Positions 6,080 to 6,268 of a stretch of DNA of 6,268 nt are shown piece after piece (positions within the stretch are counted from its first letter, which is position 1; each line of letters opens with the position of its first letter). The translations under genes were made by a program, and so were the position numbers. The DNA is taken from positions 1 to 6,268 of the forward strand of contig JBHLMI010000055.1 in the NCBI GenBank assembly GCA_048938295.1, written 5' to 3'. A model generated the notes under the pieces. That model searched no databases, was not told the DNA's origin, and was given only the letters and a program-made list of their open reading frames with translations. The DNA is from Promethearchaeota archaeon. GTDB lineage: Archaea > Asgardarchaeota > Hermodarchaeia > Hermodarchaeales > Hermodarchaeaceae.

Positions 6080-6268
6080 ATGACGCGCTCAGTATTTAAC
6101 CGAAGACTTCTGAATTTCCTCTATGAGTTGACGAAATTAAAGACCTATAACAGTTCTACAGATATGTCTAGGACAATTCGTCTTGAGGGAAATCGAAGAG
6201 TTACTTCAAGAACTATTCAGAATTGGTTCAGATATTTCAATGAACCATGGGAGTACAAGGGTTATAGA
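6080..6268 (+). CDS. N-terminus (63 aa, truncated by window end) of a probable HTH DNA-binding protein; not in the supplied ORF track
   Basis: Translates as MTRSVFNRRLLNFLYELTKLKTYNSSTDMSRTIRLEGNRRVTSRTIQNWFRYFNEPWEYKGYR with no stop. STDMSRTI...VTSRTIQNWF is HTH-like. SD-like GAGGGATC lies just upstream. Confidence 0.7.
   Translation, partial: MTRSVFNRRLLNFLYELTKLKTYNSSTDMSRTIRLEGNRRVTSRTIQNWFRYFNEPWEYKGYR

Overview
Archaeal locus, plausibly Asgard-type (inferred from the style of the surface protein and the unlinked 16S; not proven). Positions 1-1446 hold the 3' part of a 16S rRNA gene (about E. coli 850 to the anti-SD end). It is interrupted by four bulge-helix-bulge (BHB)-type introns: I1 130-745 (616 nt, site 977/978, encoding a degenerate LAGLIDADG-fold + winged-helix protein), I2 1169-1201 (33 nt, site 1397/1398), I3 1329-1387 (59 nt, site 1513/1514) and I4 1394-1425 (32 nt, site 1519/1520). 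I3 and I4 isolate a 6-nt micro-exon, GGGGAA, which carries the helix 45 loop. No tRNA-Ala or 23S follows. Instead, the last 8 nt of the 16S plus about 120 nt of structured 3' trailer occur twice as a diverged direct repeat (1439-1569 and 2898-3029), bracketing one minus-strand gene for a 419-aa protein with a C-terminal PD-(D/E)XK nuclease domain. This suggests a nuclease cassette inserted at the 16S 3' end, possibly a free-standing homing endonuclease cooperating with the ORF-less mini-introns (hypothesis). Further on are a 922-aa membrane-anchored beta-helix (NosD/CASH-type) surface protein on the minus strand, a palindrome-rich divergent intergenic region, and the start of an HTH protein truncated by the window end. 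All alignments, pairings and E. coli numbering were done by eye.
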